A DNA stretch of 64,000 bases from Eledone cirrhosa. Its lineage: Eukaryota. The stretch lies in contig OZ024743.1 of assembly GCA_964016885.1 (NCBI GenBank), forward strand, positions 307,086,001 to 307,150,000. Direction: 5' to 3'. The position numbers were made by a program, and so were the translations under genes. Each line of letters starts with the position of its first letter. Position 1 is the stretch's first letter. The notes under the pieces were generated by a model. It had not been told where the DNA came from and searched no databases. It was given only the letters and a program-made list of their open reading frames with translations. Below are positions 1 through 14,045 of this stretch, one piece after another.

Positions 1-172
1 GAAGGGCTGTCCCCTCTTTGTTTGCTGTATGGGTCGGTCCCAGCTTAGATGGTGGTCGTGTTATCCATATTCCGTCAGCCCTGTATATTCAAGACAGATC
101 AGGGTATATATTTGCAGGTATGGTCCTGCGTCTACGTTATCCAGAGGGTCTCGCTTGTGGTATTTTCAAGTT

Positions 173-232
<60 letters not shown>

Positions 233-233
<1 letters not shown>

Positions 234-623
234 GAGGGCAATCCCAAAAGTAAGGTCTCCTTCCGATATTGCAACTTTTCCGTTAAAATCCTGTGGATGG
301 TGCTTCGGGAAACCTCAGGAACCAAAATGCAGAGAGCATCCAGAGTGATCCGCCGATCTTTACGCATGTTTTCCTAGGAAGGAGACCTTACTTTTGGGAT
401 TGCTCTCTATATAATAACTGCACGAAATTCGCACTTGGCGGTAGCGTTCAACGGGAGCTCCATTCTCAATGGCTGCCAATCCAAGATTGAGCATCCCAGC
501 GAAGCGCGCGCATGCTTGTTTGGGAGTGAAGGAAGCACCAATGACAACAGTGTTGCCAACAGCCGTACGAACAGTTTCTCTGCATCCCCATCGCTTTGGA
601 GACCTTACTTTTGGGATAACCCT

Positions 624-625
<2 letters not shown>
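233..625 (-). mobile_element. Mariner remnant: 175-bp TIR-bounded mini-element (233-407) abutting the 5' end of a related copy (411-625)
   Basis: TIR CGAGGGCAATCCCAAAAGTAAGGTCTCC at 233, inverted copies ending 407 and 625, all TA-flanked; minus-strand transposase fragments DRRITLDAL..VSRSTIHRILTEKLQYRK and an N-terminal piece ..TAKCEFRAVI. Confidence 0.8.
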
Positions 626-679
<54 letters not shown>

Positions 680-1059
680 ATATTTTACTTTCTTCTTATT
701 TCAGCCTCATAAAACTATTGTTGTTATATAAATCACAAAACCTTCTCCAGGTCATCACATAAAATTCAATGTGTACATGTTATGACTTGATTGCTATAAG
801 TTATAGTTTTGTCTTGTTTTTTACTCCAAGGACAGCGCTTTGGCTTGTGTCAGACGCTGTGACCCCAGGTGGACAAGCAGTACCATCGAAATTACTAAAG
901 CCCGTCTCGACGACTAAACACCTTGGAGATCTGTGTCTTTCGCTTATCTTTTTATTTTTAAACGTTATTTTTTAATTTTCCCCTTTCCAAAAATGTTATA
1001 TTCCACATTGTTTTCGTTCGCTGTCTTTTCTTTGTTGATCATCCTAATTACACACACAC

Positions 1060-1113
<54 letters not shown>

Positions 1114-1236
1114 GGTAAACATTGATGCAATTCAATTCAAGCACTCAACGTACTTTTTCCACATAGGAGTGACGGAGCAAATATCGAATAAGGAAAAGCG
1201 AAGTAGTTTCAGATGTTCAAATCCTTTAATAATAAT

Positions 1237-1310
1237 GCTGTGATATATATTTCAGTGACGACACTGGCCACACTGTTCTGTGTGCGAGTGTCGTGTCATC
1301 ATCAGACAGC
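1237..1310 (-). ncRNA. Type I hammerhead ribozyme
   Basis: GCUGU-CUGAUGA-stem II (GACACU..AGUGUC)-GAAA-UAUAUA-UC-ACAGC; stem I GCUGU/ACAGC. Confidence 0.75.
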
Positions 1311-3124
1311 TTGTTACATAATAAGGTTATGTTTCCGAGGCAATCCAAATTGGATCGACAAGGGAACGGATGAATTGCGTGTTTTTTGGTTTTTCAACCG
1401 CTCCCTTGTGAGTACCAATTCACCCCCACCGGCCTGCGCAAGCGCATGTCCGAAGGAAGTTGACCATTCGCCACCGCAGACTTCAACGAATTTTGCTTAG
1501 TCAGTTCACTCCGTCATCCAAAACAATGGCCCACCAATGCCTGTACCATATTTTACTGCTACCCATCACGGCTGTTGCAGTCAGCCGAGAGCCAGAGGGG
1601 ATGGGAGAGTGTTAGTTCCCTCACTAAGCGTTGACGGTACGACTGACCATCACCTTATAAGGGAAAATAAACTTATTCTAGGTATCATGGTTTTACGTTG
1701 GAAGTTAAGAGTGAGAGTTGGAAATAAAAATTAAAATCCTAAATCAAATATCAGAAATTATAAATTAAACAATTAAGAAATTAACAATTAGAAATTAAAG
1801 AATTAAAAAAATTCTTTTCAGGTGATAATTCGGATTGAGGTGAGTAAATAATATGGAGAGAGATGTTTAAGTAATATTTTCTGAGAGGGATTCTAGTGTC
1901 ACAGTTACTCTATCATATATTGAACGACAGTGTCGTACATTATAACTACAGGGCTCCACAGATTAGTGGATCTGGTACACAGTCCTAATTTCCATCACAT
2001 GGAACAAAATCAAAGAAAAACAGACATAAACTACACAAAAGAAAAGAACAGAACCAATAGTGAATAAATGCAAAAACACAGAGTACATATATGCAAAATG
2101 ATCCATATGATTGTCCATCTGTCCATGTATAGATTGAATTGAGGGGGGCCTCTGTTCAAATGCGATTTGGTGCAGGAAAATAGGGGTTTATCCTATTATT
2201 TGTTTCCGCGTATTTATCCTGCCGAAAGTTACTATTATGCCCGTCCAGTGTAAGGGGTTTCCATCCCCATGGTAGAGGGAATTTCCGGGGTAGCTTATGG
2301 TTGGTTCCTCTCTTCTCCACCATATCGGTTACATCGTAAAGCGCTCAACTAATTGGAGCTAAATTATTAGGGTAAACATTGATGCAATTCAATTCAAGCA
2401 CCCAACGTACTTTTTCCACATAGGAGTGACGGAGTAAATATCGAATAAGGAAAAGCGAAGTAGTTTCAATATGTGGATAGAGTAACTGTGACACTAGAAT
2501 CCCTCTCAGAAAATATTACTTAAACATCTCTCTCCATATTATTTACTCACCTCAATCCGAATTATCACCTGAAAAGAATTTTTTAAATTCTTTTTTTAAT
2601 TCCTTTTTTTAATTCTTTAATTTCTAATTGTTAATTTCTTAATCGTTTAATTTATAATTTCTGATATTTGATTTAGGATTTTAATTTTTATTTCCAACTC
2701 TCACTCTTAACTTCCAACGTAAAACCATGATACCTAGAATAAGTTTATTTTCCCTAATAAGGTGATAGTCAGTCGTACCGTCAACGCTTAGTGAGGGATA
2801 GTATTATGACCTGTAAAAACTAACACTCTCCCATCCCCTCTGGCTCTCGGCTGACTGCCACAGCCGTGATGGGTAGCAGTAAAATATGGTACAGGCATTG
2901 GTGGGCCATTGTTTTGGATGACGGAGTGAACTGACTAAGCAAATTTCGTTGAAGTCTGCGGTGGCGAATGGTCAACTTCCTTCGGACATGCGCTTGCGCA
3001 GGCCGGTGGGGGTGAATTGGTACTCACAAGGGAGCGGTTGAAAAACCAAAAAACACGCAATTCATCCGTTCCCTTGTCGATCCAATTTGGATTGCCTCGG
3101 AAACATAACCTTATTATGTAACAA

Positions 3125-3198
3125 GCTGTCTGATGATGACACGACACTCGCACACAGAACAGTGTGGCCAGTGTCGTCACTGAAATATATATCACAGC
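3125..3198 (+). ncRNA. Type I hammerhead ribozyme (inverted copy of 1237-1310)
   Basis: gctgt ctgatga ... gaaa tatata tc acagc. Confidence 0.75.
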
Positions 3199-3840
3199 AT
3201 TATTATTAAAGGATTTGAACATCTGAAACTACTTCGCTTTTCCTTATTCTATATATATATATATAATATTATATTATATTATATTATATTATATTATATT
3301 ATATTATATTATATTATATTATATTATATTATATTATATTATATTATATTATATTATATTATATTATATTATATTATATTATATTATATTATATTATATT
3401 ATATTATATTATTTATCTTCATGAGAATAGTCTTCCGAAGGTTAAAGTCCTTGCTGTTGAGGACAGAAAGCGCAGCAGATTATAAATATTTGGAGGGAAG
3501 AGATCGATCCAATGTTTTTCAAATTAAATCTATCTGCACTCGTTTCTATACAGGTGATAAGCTTACATGTTGTATCAATCAATCAATTATGATTAACTAT
3601 CGATTATTCACACAATATAGAAAACACCTTCACAGACTGTTAACAAATTTGAAGAACACTTCTTGACAATATTATATCAATCAATCCTCAATAACTCAAT
3701 TTTAAAGGCCATTCTACGTTTTATACTACCCTTTAACCCAATAAACACCCATCTCCTTTTCCTTTTTTTATTTAATCTATAATTTCTTGACAGCGCATAT
3801 TATAACTCACTATATAATATATTTGTTTATATATGTAAGC

Positions 3841-3901
<61 letters not shown>

Positions 3902-4376
3902 TTCAAATATTAATAAATATAGACATTCATGTGATCAAATATATTTTATTATATATATATTTCAGAGGTACTGAGCTGTTTCATCAGTACGTCCTCATCA
4001 GATAAAATAAATTGATGTCTGACACACCTCAACTGTGCTGATGGTTCAATTCCAGTTTTGGCAGTCATATATACATATATATATATATATGTATATAGAT
4101 AGATAGATAAATATACACGGGTGTGTATGATTGTGTATAGAAGATTATATTAATAAGAGGAAATCCAACTTTGTCTGATTTACTCGTTTTATTTACAATC
4201 CTTTAAAATTTATAATGGTATTATAATGATTATATGTGGTGACAGTAATCAAAGTAATCACAGTAATCAAAGTAATCACAGTAATCAAAGTGTGTATACA
4301 TATTTGGGGGACACACTGTATATATATATAGTGTAAGATGGTAATAGGGACGTAATAGGGACGTAAACGAGAGAAG

Positions 4377-4465
4377 AAAAGTTGCCCTTCATCAGCTGTT
4401 TACTACGGATCATAGATGTTTCGGCGCTTAAAACAGGACATCGATCCGCAGCGCGCCCGGGGCCG
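4377..4465 (-). ncRNA. Non-circularly permuted hammerhead ribozyme, copy A
   Basis: Minus strand GCGC..GCUGCGGAUC-GAUGUC^CUGUUU-uaa-GCGC-C-GAAACAUC-uau-GAUCCGUAGU-AAACAG-CUGAUGA-AGGG; stem III GAUGU/ACAUC, stem I CUGUUU/AAACAG. Confidence 0.75.
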
Positions 4466-4823
4466 TTAGGTGCTGCTAGTCATCTCACACCTTTTTTAAA
4501 AAAACAACCCACCTATTTGTTTCTATCATACCTAAACTGTATTTGTTATTTATTCCTATTAGTCCTTTAGGCCTAACATAGACTTCCCCACATTTATTAC
4601 CTGTATAGAAACGATTGTAGATATTAAAGTTAGATTTAATTTTAAAACCTTCGTTCTCTTTACTTTAAATATTTATACTCTGCTGCCCTCACTGTCCTCA
4701 ACAAGAAATTTAAGCTTCGTAAGACTATTTCGGTTGTTGTGAATTCCTTACTTACTCAAAACCTTAAGTGTACATTGAGCTTTTCACACCTTAACAGTGG
4801 GATATTATATTATAAACACTTCC

Positions 4824-4898
<75 letters not shown>

Positions 4899-5210
4899 GA
4901 CAGGGGGGGGGGAGAAAAAATGGCTTCACTTGTGCTTTCAACAAATTTATTTTCTTCACAAAATCCAAAAAGAATTTATACCTTAATATACCTAACTGGA
5001 CCAAGGATTACACACATTTTCCAATATATATATATATATATACATGTCGAATAAATATAGAAATAGATATGCCGAACCATTGCCCTATCACAAAACTGCA
5101 CCAATGATTGCGTAAGGTTCTGCGATGTCAGATGAATAACCATGTAACAGAAGTATATATATAATGGTGATTTAATCCCGTCTTAATTACCATTATTTGA
5201 TATATAGTTT

Positions 5211-5398
5211 TGGATTGGCAGTATCGGTAGAGGGTCGGACGCCATGCTTTGACGCATAGAGTTACGGCCCTTACCATTCTGAGTTCAAATCCCGCCAAGG
5301 TTAACTTTGCCTTTCATCCTTACGGGGTCGATAAAATAAAGTACCAGTAATGCACTGGGTAATTGCTGGCCTTGTGCCAAAAAGTAGAAACAATTATT
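5211..5398 (+). mobile_element. tRNA-derived SINE (octopus-type family)
   Basis: A-box-like TGGCAGTATCGGT, B-box GAGTTCAAATCC, core CCTTTCATCCTTACGGGGTCGATAAAATAAAGTACCAG, tail GAAACAATTAT; many copies in window. Confidence 0.85.
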
Positions 5399-5451
5399 TG
5401 ATATATATATATATATATATATATGTTTGTGTGTGTGTGTCTGTATGTGTC

Positions 5452-5494
<43 letters not shown>

Positions 5495-5639
5495 TGTCGT
5501 AACTCCTGATTGAGTCGTCGGAGCGCCGTATTGACATACGGCGTTTCTTGGGCACTTCAAGCCTGACTGAGCCCATTTCTTTCAGAGAAAGATAGAGAGG
5601 AAATGAGAAAGATATATAGAGGGAAAATCCATCCCCAGT

Positions 5640-5775
5640 ACTAGACTGGTACTTTTTTATCGACCTCGAAAGGGTGAAAGAAAAAGATGACCTCGACGGG
5701 ATTTGAACCCCGAGAACAGAGAGCAGAAACGAATACCATAAAGCATTCTATCCGACGTTATAACGACCCTGTTAA
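5640..5775 (-). mobile_element. Diverged partial SINE
   Basis: ctggtacttttttatcgacc..ggatttgaacc matches the reverse complement of the SINE core. Confidence 0.6.
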
Positions 5776-5903
5776 TTCGTCGCCTATATATATGTGTGTG
5801 TGTGAGTGTTTGTGTGTGTCTGTCTGTGTGTGTGTGTAAGTAATTATAATGAAATATTCTAGTATTAATTTCAGTATATATATATATATATATATATATA
5901 TGC

Positions 5904-6026
<123 letters not shown>

Positions 6027-6139
6027 ATGTATGTATAAATTTATATAATACTTTATTTACGTCAGAATTCCAGATGCCATATGTTTATCGAGTTATGCAA
6101 CTCATCAATGCTTGTCTGTATGTATGTAAACATGTATAA

Positions 6140-6228
<89 letters not shown>

Positions 6229-6293
6229 TGAGTGTGTATGTGTGTGTGATTATTTATTTCAGACGCCATATGCAACTCACTAATGCCTATATG

Positions 6294-6366
<73 letters not shown>

Positions 6367-6745
6367 TAGGCATATTGTACCGACTGTTACATGATTATAC
6401 ATGCATACATATATAACTCTGTTTGTATATACATATATATTTAGGTATAAACTTACAGCTACACAAAAACATACATAATTATACATCTGTACACAGATTC
6501 ATAAATATACACAGATGTTAACAATAGCGCTGCCCCAGCATGGCCCCAACCAGTCGACTGGAACGGGTAAAGGTAAAAATAATAAAATTCACACAATCGT
6601 GATCCTGACACGCACACATACACATATATATATACACACACACACACAGACACACACATAGACATAGACACACGTTTTTATTCAACTGTATGAGACAAAC
6701 GAAATGGAATTGTGCTTACGTACTTGGACACTTCAGAGAGTATTC

Positions 6746-7397
<652 letters not shown>

Positions 7398-7536
7398 ATA
7401 TATATCATAAAGAAACGGGACCCGACGGAGTTGGGTCCGACTATTTATAATATAACTATACTCTACTACCTCAAGTATTGAGTACTCTGTTGAGTAATGG
7501 TCTAAATAGTTTCAAACTGGTTCTATTTTGATTTAC

Positions 7537-7644
<108 letters not shown>

Positions 7645-7984
7645 GTGTGTGTGTAGACTTGGGTGCGCTTTTATTCCGTATATGAGCATAAATAAATTAA
7701 TATTATTAATTTTTGTGAAACTCAACTTTTAATTGTGTGTTATGAAGTTGTTTGTAAAACCACCGATTTATGGGAGAGAATCTTTTTTATATAGAGATAA
7801 CTTATTTATTTAGATAATAGTAGATGAATCACCATCCTTACGGACAACTGACGCTGCAGACTAGGTCCGAACACAGAAGAGCCAAACTCCCACTGCCATC
7901 CCCTCCATCTCTTTCGCCCACTCTATCTCTCTCGCCCTTCCCATCTCTTTCTATTATCAGCAAAAGGGGTTTGCGTTTCCCCGG

Positions 7985-8292
7985 AGGATGGTAAGGGAAG
8001 AGCCATTCCATCTCGCGAGACTCACACCTGCGGCTAGCCAGCTCAGTGCCTATGATGGTAAGTATGGAGGTAACCCTAGGGCCAAGGGCACTAGAAGTCT
8101 CCCCTGCTAGGGGCTCGACTGCAAACCTGTCGGAGAGCGACCGATCCTTGGGAAGTTTATCCTCCTCAGCCTGAAGTGCAGCAGAACTTAGGTTAGTCAC
8201 AGACTGCACCAGGTTGCCGCTGGAGAATGTGTCGCTGCAAGTGGCATCCCAAACGAGGAGTTTCACACCGCGGAACGGGTAGATGGTCATAC
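7985..8292 (-). mobile_element. CRE-like (RLE-type) non-LTR fragment
   Basis: MTIYPFRGVKLLVWDATCSDTF.. homologous to the 35286-35867 ORF. Confidence 0.7.
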
Positions 8293-8750
8293 CGATTTAT
8301 TTAACATACATTTACAGTCACGATGACTCATGACTAAGATAACAGGTGCAATCCATTGGAAGGGCTTCCGTCCTATTTCGCGGATAAAGTTAGAATCGAG
8401 ATCAAGCTATGGTACCAACGCTTATCCTAAATACCACACAGGAAGGTAGAACCTGGAACCTCCACAGGATATATATACATTTTTAGGCAGTATATTTTGT
8501 CATGCAATTGGTCTGTAGTTTTCGTCGTGAGTAGCTTTGTTTTGGGGAAGGGGCATACAAGCTTGGTTTCTGCCAATGTAAACCAGATTTGAATATTTTA
8601 ATTTCCATCCAGAGTTTGCTAGGTAAGGTGAGTAAAGGTCGATAACATACTCTCGATAGAATCTATGTATGTATTATGTATGTATGTATGTATGTATGTA
8701 TGTATGTATGTATGTATGTATGTATGTATGTATGTATGTATGTATGTATG

Positions 8751-9365
8751 TCAGCCACCAGTTGGTGCTACTGGTAACATGTATCCCAGTACAACCTGTC
8801 CCATGGTCAGGTCGTTGGCGACTAAACTGGCAACCCCACCAATGTTTCTTGGTGAGGAGGGTGACTTTGGACATCCTGCGGGACTAAAAGCAAAACCTGT
8901 CAAAAGGCAAAGGAGCTCTTAAGAGTCAATGGCCATCCAAAATCACCGGGAGAGATGACCCCTTAGCCTTTGTCAAGTCAGAATTCTAGGAGAAGGAAAA
9001 CTCTGATATAACACCTGCAACCCTGATGGTATCCAATGATGTTGACTTGTTCTTCTTTTTGGTAAATATCATCTTGGTTAAGAGAGTAGGACTGGCTTTG
9101 TGCAGTGCCTTTGCTCACTATAAAAGCTTCACGGCACAGGCATTGCTTTATGTCTGGAGATCTCTCTGCACTTGTCATCACATGGCACCATGGGCCCAGC
9201 ACTATGTGTCAATAATTGTCACAAGTGTAGTGTTTGTACCAGAGTTTTCAAGTCGCTGGCTGGACTAAAAAGCCACACTCGTTCAGCGCATCGGTAGGGG
9301 TTCTCCTACATGGATATAAAGTAGTGGCCGTACTCGAAAACGAATTGGCAGCCACCATGTATGTA
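8751..9365 (+). mobile_element. Internally deleted, bipartite RTE derivative between (ATGT)n tracts
   Basis: 5' part GCTACTGGTAACATGT..CCCAGTACAACC shared with 14170 and 45790-45830(-); 3' part encodes last Zn finger (RVFKSLAGLKSHTRSAHR) then GCAGCCACC(ATGT)n. Confidence 0.65.
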
Positions 9366-10044
9366 TGTATGTGTTTGTGTGTGTATATGTGTATGTATGT
9401 GTGTGTGTGTGTCTCTGTATGTATGTATGGATGGATGGATTATGTATGTATGTGCGAGTATGCGTGTATATGTTGTGCGTTTATGTATGTGTATGTATGC
9501 ATATATGTATACATATATATCTATGTATGTATGTATGTATGTATGTATGTATGTATGTATGTATGTATGTATGCCGCCGCCATCACCATCACCAGCGTCG
9601 GGTCTTAAGAAAACAACTTTAATAATAATTTTTCTGCTTTTGGCACGGATCCAGCGACTGGCCCAGCGCATCACTGGTACTCTCTTTTGTTGACTCCGTG
9701 GGGATGAAAGGCAAGGTTGACCTCGGAGGGATTTGAGCTCAGAGCGTGGAGGGCCGTGACTCTATGCTGTAAAGCAATTATAATAATACTGGACTGTAGT
9801 ACGATCGGCTTCAACTATACAAACTCTTGAAAGTCAACAGTTGACATAATCTTGTAATCTTGTATCAGTAATGACGGTAATATATATATATATATATGTG
9901 TGTGTGTAAGTGAGTAGAGTAGCGTGTGTGTGTTTGTTTGTATGTATGAGTGTTGCTGTGTGCGCGCATATGTATGCGCGTGTGTGTATGTCGTACGTAT
10001 AAGTGTCAATAAGTGATTTTCTTTTTTTTTTTTTTTTTTTTGCG

Positions 10045-13000
10045 CGCGGGGACAGAAATAATCGGGCTGGATGCCCGATCGCGCAGTTAAACCACTGGGA
10101 GTGAAGAACCCCTAGCCCTTGTCAGGGCATTCTTCTAGGAGAAGGCATCTCAGGAAACTGGGTTAACTCCGACATAAAACCTGCGGCTCAGTAGTTACCG
10201 ATGATGTTGATCTTTTCTTCTTTTCGGGTTATAGTTACTGTCGCTCAGGGAGTGGGATTGGCTCAGTGCACAGTCTTTCCAATTCAATGATGTTCCAGAA
10301 CAATATAAAAGAGATAATTGGCAATTTAGGTTCTGGAACAAAAAAAAAGATCATTGGCAATAAGGGCAGGGGCCCCAGGTTATCACAGCCTGGGCCCGCT
10401 CGTCATCGTGCCATTGTAATAGAGCCAAACAAGGCATTTAGTCTTGGCTGCTGGAACGTACGGACGCTGCTTGACAGGGATTCCTTGGGGCGTCCTGAAC
10501 GAAGGACCGCTCATGTTGCAAAGGAGCTTCGACGTTACGATCTTGACATCGTGGCTTTATCTGAGACGAGGCTAGCTGGAAATGGTCATCTTACGGAATT
10601 TTGTGGAGAATATACATTCTTCTGGAAAGGAAGAGATGAAGGAACCAGAAGAGAGGCTGGGGTAGGATTTGCTGTTAAGACTGTGCTTGTGAACAAATTA
10701 GAAGAATTCCCAGTAGGGATTAGTGAGCGTCTTATGTCCATGAGAGTTCCGCTGGACAAGGGAAGATATGCTACCCTGGTGAGTGTGTATGCTCCAACTA
10801 TGAGTTCTGTCGATGAGGAAAAGGTGTCCTTTTACCATGCCTTGAAAGGTGTTTTAAGAAATATCCCTCAGGCAGACAAAGTCATCGTGCTTGGTGACTT
10901 TAATGCTAGAGTGGGTAGGTATTTTAACACATGGAATGTAATCGGAAGGCATGGGGTGGGAAAGTGTAACAGCAATGGTATGCTCCTGTTGCAGATGTGT
11001 GAGGAGCTGGATCTGTGTGTTACCAACACCATGTTCCAACAAAAGAACAAATTCAAGACCACATGGATGCATCCTGCATCTAAGGAATGGCATCTTTTGG
11101 ACTACGTCCTAGTCAGGATGCGTGACAGACAGGATGTGCAGTGTGTTCGTGTTCTTCGTGGAGCTGAGTGCTGGACGGACCACCCCCTGGTACGCGCAAA
11201 AGTGAAACTAATCACTAAACGTAAAATCCGGGCTCCTGGTGTTGCCCTGCCCAAAAGATTGAATGCTGCTCGTCTTAAGGATAAAAATGTGAAGAGGACA
11301 TTGGAAGAAGAGATGCAGGCTGCAGATCTTGGTGAGGATTGGCCGACCCTTAAAAAGTCGGTTTATGATGTAGGCAGGCGTGTTCTGGGATTGGCGCAGA
11401 GGAAACATCAGGACTGGTTTGATGAGAACGATGTACATATAGAAGACTTGTTGGCTGATAAGAGGCGTGCTCTGTCACGCTACTTGACGGCAAAACCACA
11501 GGAGAGGAATACGTTGCATGAGGAACTCAGGGATGTAAAATCACGTGTTAGGCGGAGTCTTTCTCAGATGAAGGATCAGTGGTGGAGTGAGAAGGCTGGT
11601 GAGATACAAACTGCGTCTGATTCCAATAACACAAAACTGTTGTACAGTCTCTTGCGTGAGGTTTATGGACCGTCTTCTTCTCTGGTGACACCGCTTCGCA
11701 GCAAGGATGGCAAAGAACTTCTTCGTGACTCACAAGGAATTCTACGAAGGTGGCGAGAACACTTTGATGATCTTTTGAATCAGCCGTCTGTCGTCAGTGA
11801 AGATTTCCTCAATCTCATTCCAAAAAGTCCTGTGAAAGTAGCTCTCGCAGAACCTCCGACGCTTGTGGAGGTTGCAGTGGCTATTTCGCAGCTGAACAGT
11901 GGAAAATCTCAAGGTATGGATGGCATACATGCTGAGCTCCTTCAATATGGTGGTGAGAGACTCCTGCAACATCTTCACTCTTTGTTTGGCAGGATATGGG
12001 CTAATGAATCCGTACCTGAGGACTGGAGAGATGCAGTAATGGTGGTCTTGTACAAGGGAAAGGGTAACAGGAACGATTGTGGGAACTACAGAGGTATATC
12101 ATTGCTTTCTGTCGTAGGGAAAGTTTTATGTAGGGTGCTTCTGGACCGTCTGCTGACACACATTTCAGATTGTGTTCTTCCTGAAAGTCAATCTGGTTTT
12201 CGTGCTGGACGCGGCACTACTGATATGATCTTCTCAGCTAGACAGCTCCAGGAGAAGTGCATGGAACAAGGCTTGGATCTATATCAGGTTTTTGTCGATC
12301 TGACAAAAGCTTTCGATACTGTTAACAGAGATGCATTATGGAAGGTTCTCCAGAAACTTGGTTGCCCTGATAAGTTCCTTGCTTTAGTTAGGTCTTTCCA
12401 TGATGACATGAAGGCTTGGGTTAATGTCGGGGGTAACATGTCGGAGCCTATCTCAGTAAAAAATGAAGTGAAACAGGGGGATATTCCAGCACCGACCCTG
12501 TTTGCCATATACTTTGCAATGGTTTTCTGTATTGCATTCAGGAATTGCGAGCATGGTGTTTACATCCGATATCGAACCCCAGGCAGCATATTTAACATCA
12601 GGCGCTTTGCTGCGAAGACAAAAGTATTTACATCAATCATAAGAGACCTCTTGTATGCAGATGATTGCGATCTTGTAGCGCACACAGAGAGTGATATGCA
12701 GCACATTTTGAATGCATTTTCTGACGCTTGCACTGCCCTAGGTCTGACTGTCAGTCTCAGGAAAACCGTCGTCATGTACCAACCTGCCCCTGGTAAGCAG
12801 TACACTGAACCAAACATCTATGTGTATGGCAAACGACTTGGAGTGGTTGATCAGTTTGTCTACCTGGGAAGCACTGTCAATCGATACAGCAACCTTGACA
12901 GTGAAATCTCACTTAGGATTAGGAAAGCAAGTGATGCTTTCGGAAAGCTAGAAAGGCGACTCTGGGGTCGGCGAGACATATGCAGGAGGACAAAGGTAAA

Positions 13001-14014
13001 GGTGTACAGGGCATGTGTGCTCTCTTGTCTTCTTTATGCCTGCGAGACCTGGGTCACATATCGACACCACCTTAAGCAATTGGAGCGTTTCCATCAGATG
13101 TGTCTCAGACGGATCCATGGCGTTCACTGGAGGGACCACATCAGTGATGTCGAGATTTTGGAAAGTTCTATGTGTGACAGTATAGAAGCTCTTGTGCTTA
13201 AGCAACGACTCCGTTGGAGTGGTCACCTTGCCAGGATGAAGGATTCTAGAATACCAAAACAACTCTTTTATGGAGAGTTGGTTAAAGGAAAACGACCGCC
13301 ACATAAACTTTCTCTGAAAGACGCTAACATCTCTGCTGATACATGGGAGAATATTGCTGCTGATCGTAATAAATGGAGAAAGACTGTATATGAGGGAAAA
13401 GTTGCCTTTGAGGCATCTCGAATCGCATACGAGAAAGTAAAGCGGGATGTGAGGAAGGGCATTGCTGTTGCACTTCCAGACGGCGAGGGTCCTCCTATGG
13501 TGCTGACATGCAGCGTATGTGCGAGACTCTGCCTAAGCAAAGCTGGACTCGAAAGTCATCTTCGCAGTCATAAAGTAAGACGAGTGGTTGACTACCAGGC
13601 TGCTGTTGGAGATGCTACTCATCATGCTTGCCAAACATGTGGTAGAGAATGTAAATCAGCAGGAGGGCTCAAGCGACATGCAAAAGTACACGAACTCCAA
13701 CCACAGCCGACTATTCCCAGTGAATGTTTTGGTTGCCGACTCTGTGCAAGACATTTTAGATCATTGGCTGGGCTAAAAAGCCACATTCGATCGCAGCGCT
13801 GTTAGTTGCTATCGTGTGTGTGTGTGTGTGTGTGTGTAGATATGCTTATGTGTGTGCGTGTGTGTGTATATATATATGTATATGTATATTATTATTGTTG
13901 TTGTCGTTATTATTATTATTGTTGTTATTATTATTATTATTATTATTATTGTTATTAATGTATGTGTGTGTGTATATGTGTGTGTGAGTGTGTGTGTGTG
14001 TGTGTATGTGTATG

Positions 14015-14045
<31 letters not shown>

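Larger units (their letters stand above)
1090..3250. mobile_element. Non-coding PLE-like pLTR unit with partial direct repeat and long inverted copy
   Basis: 1090-1210 repeated directly at 2367-2470; about 1186-1915 inverted at about 2475-3250; flanked by (TA)n and (TATTA)n; each arm carries an HHR. Confidence 0.7.

Noticed and set aside
1213-1500. 95-aa ORF duplicated at 2935-3222 (also the 62-aa pair at 48303/48332)
   Set aside because: Identity comes from the inverted duplication; no protein motif, and it is antisense to the HHR strand.
3967-4010. CTGATGA..GAAAC on the minus strand
   Set aside because: No convincing stem I or stem II; at best a decayed HHR.
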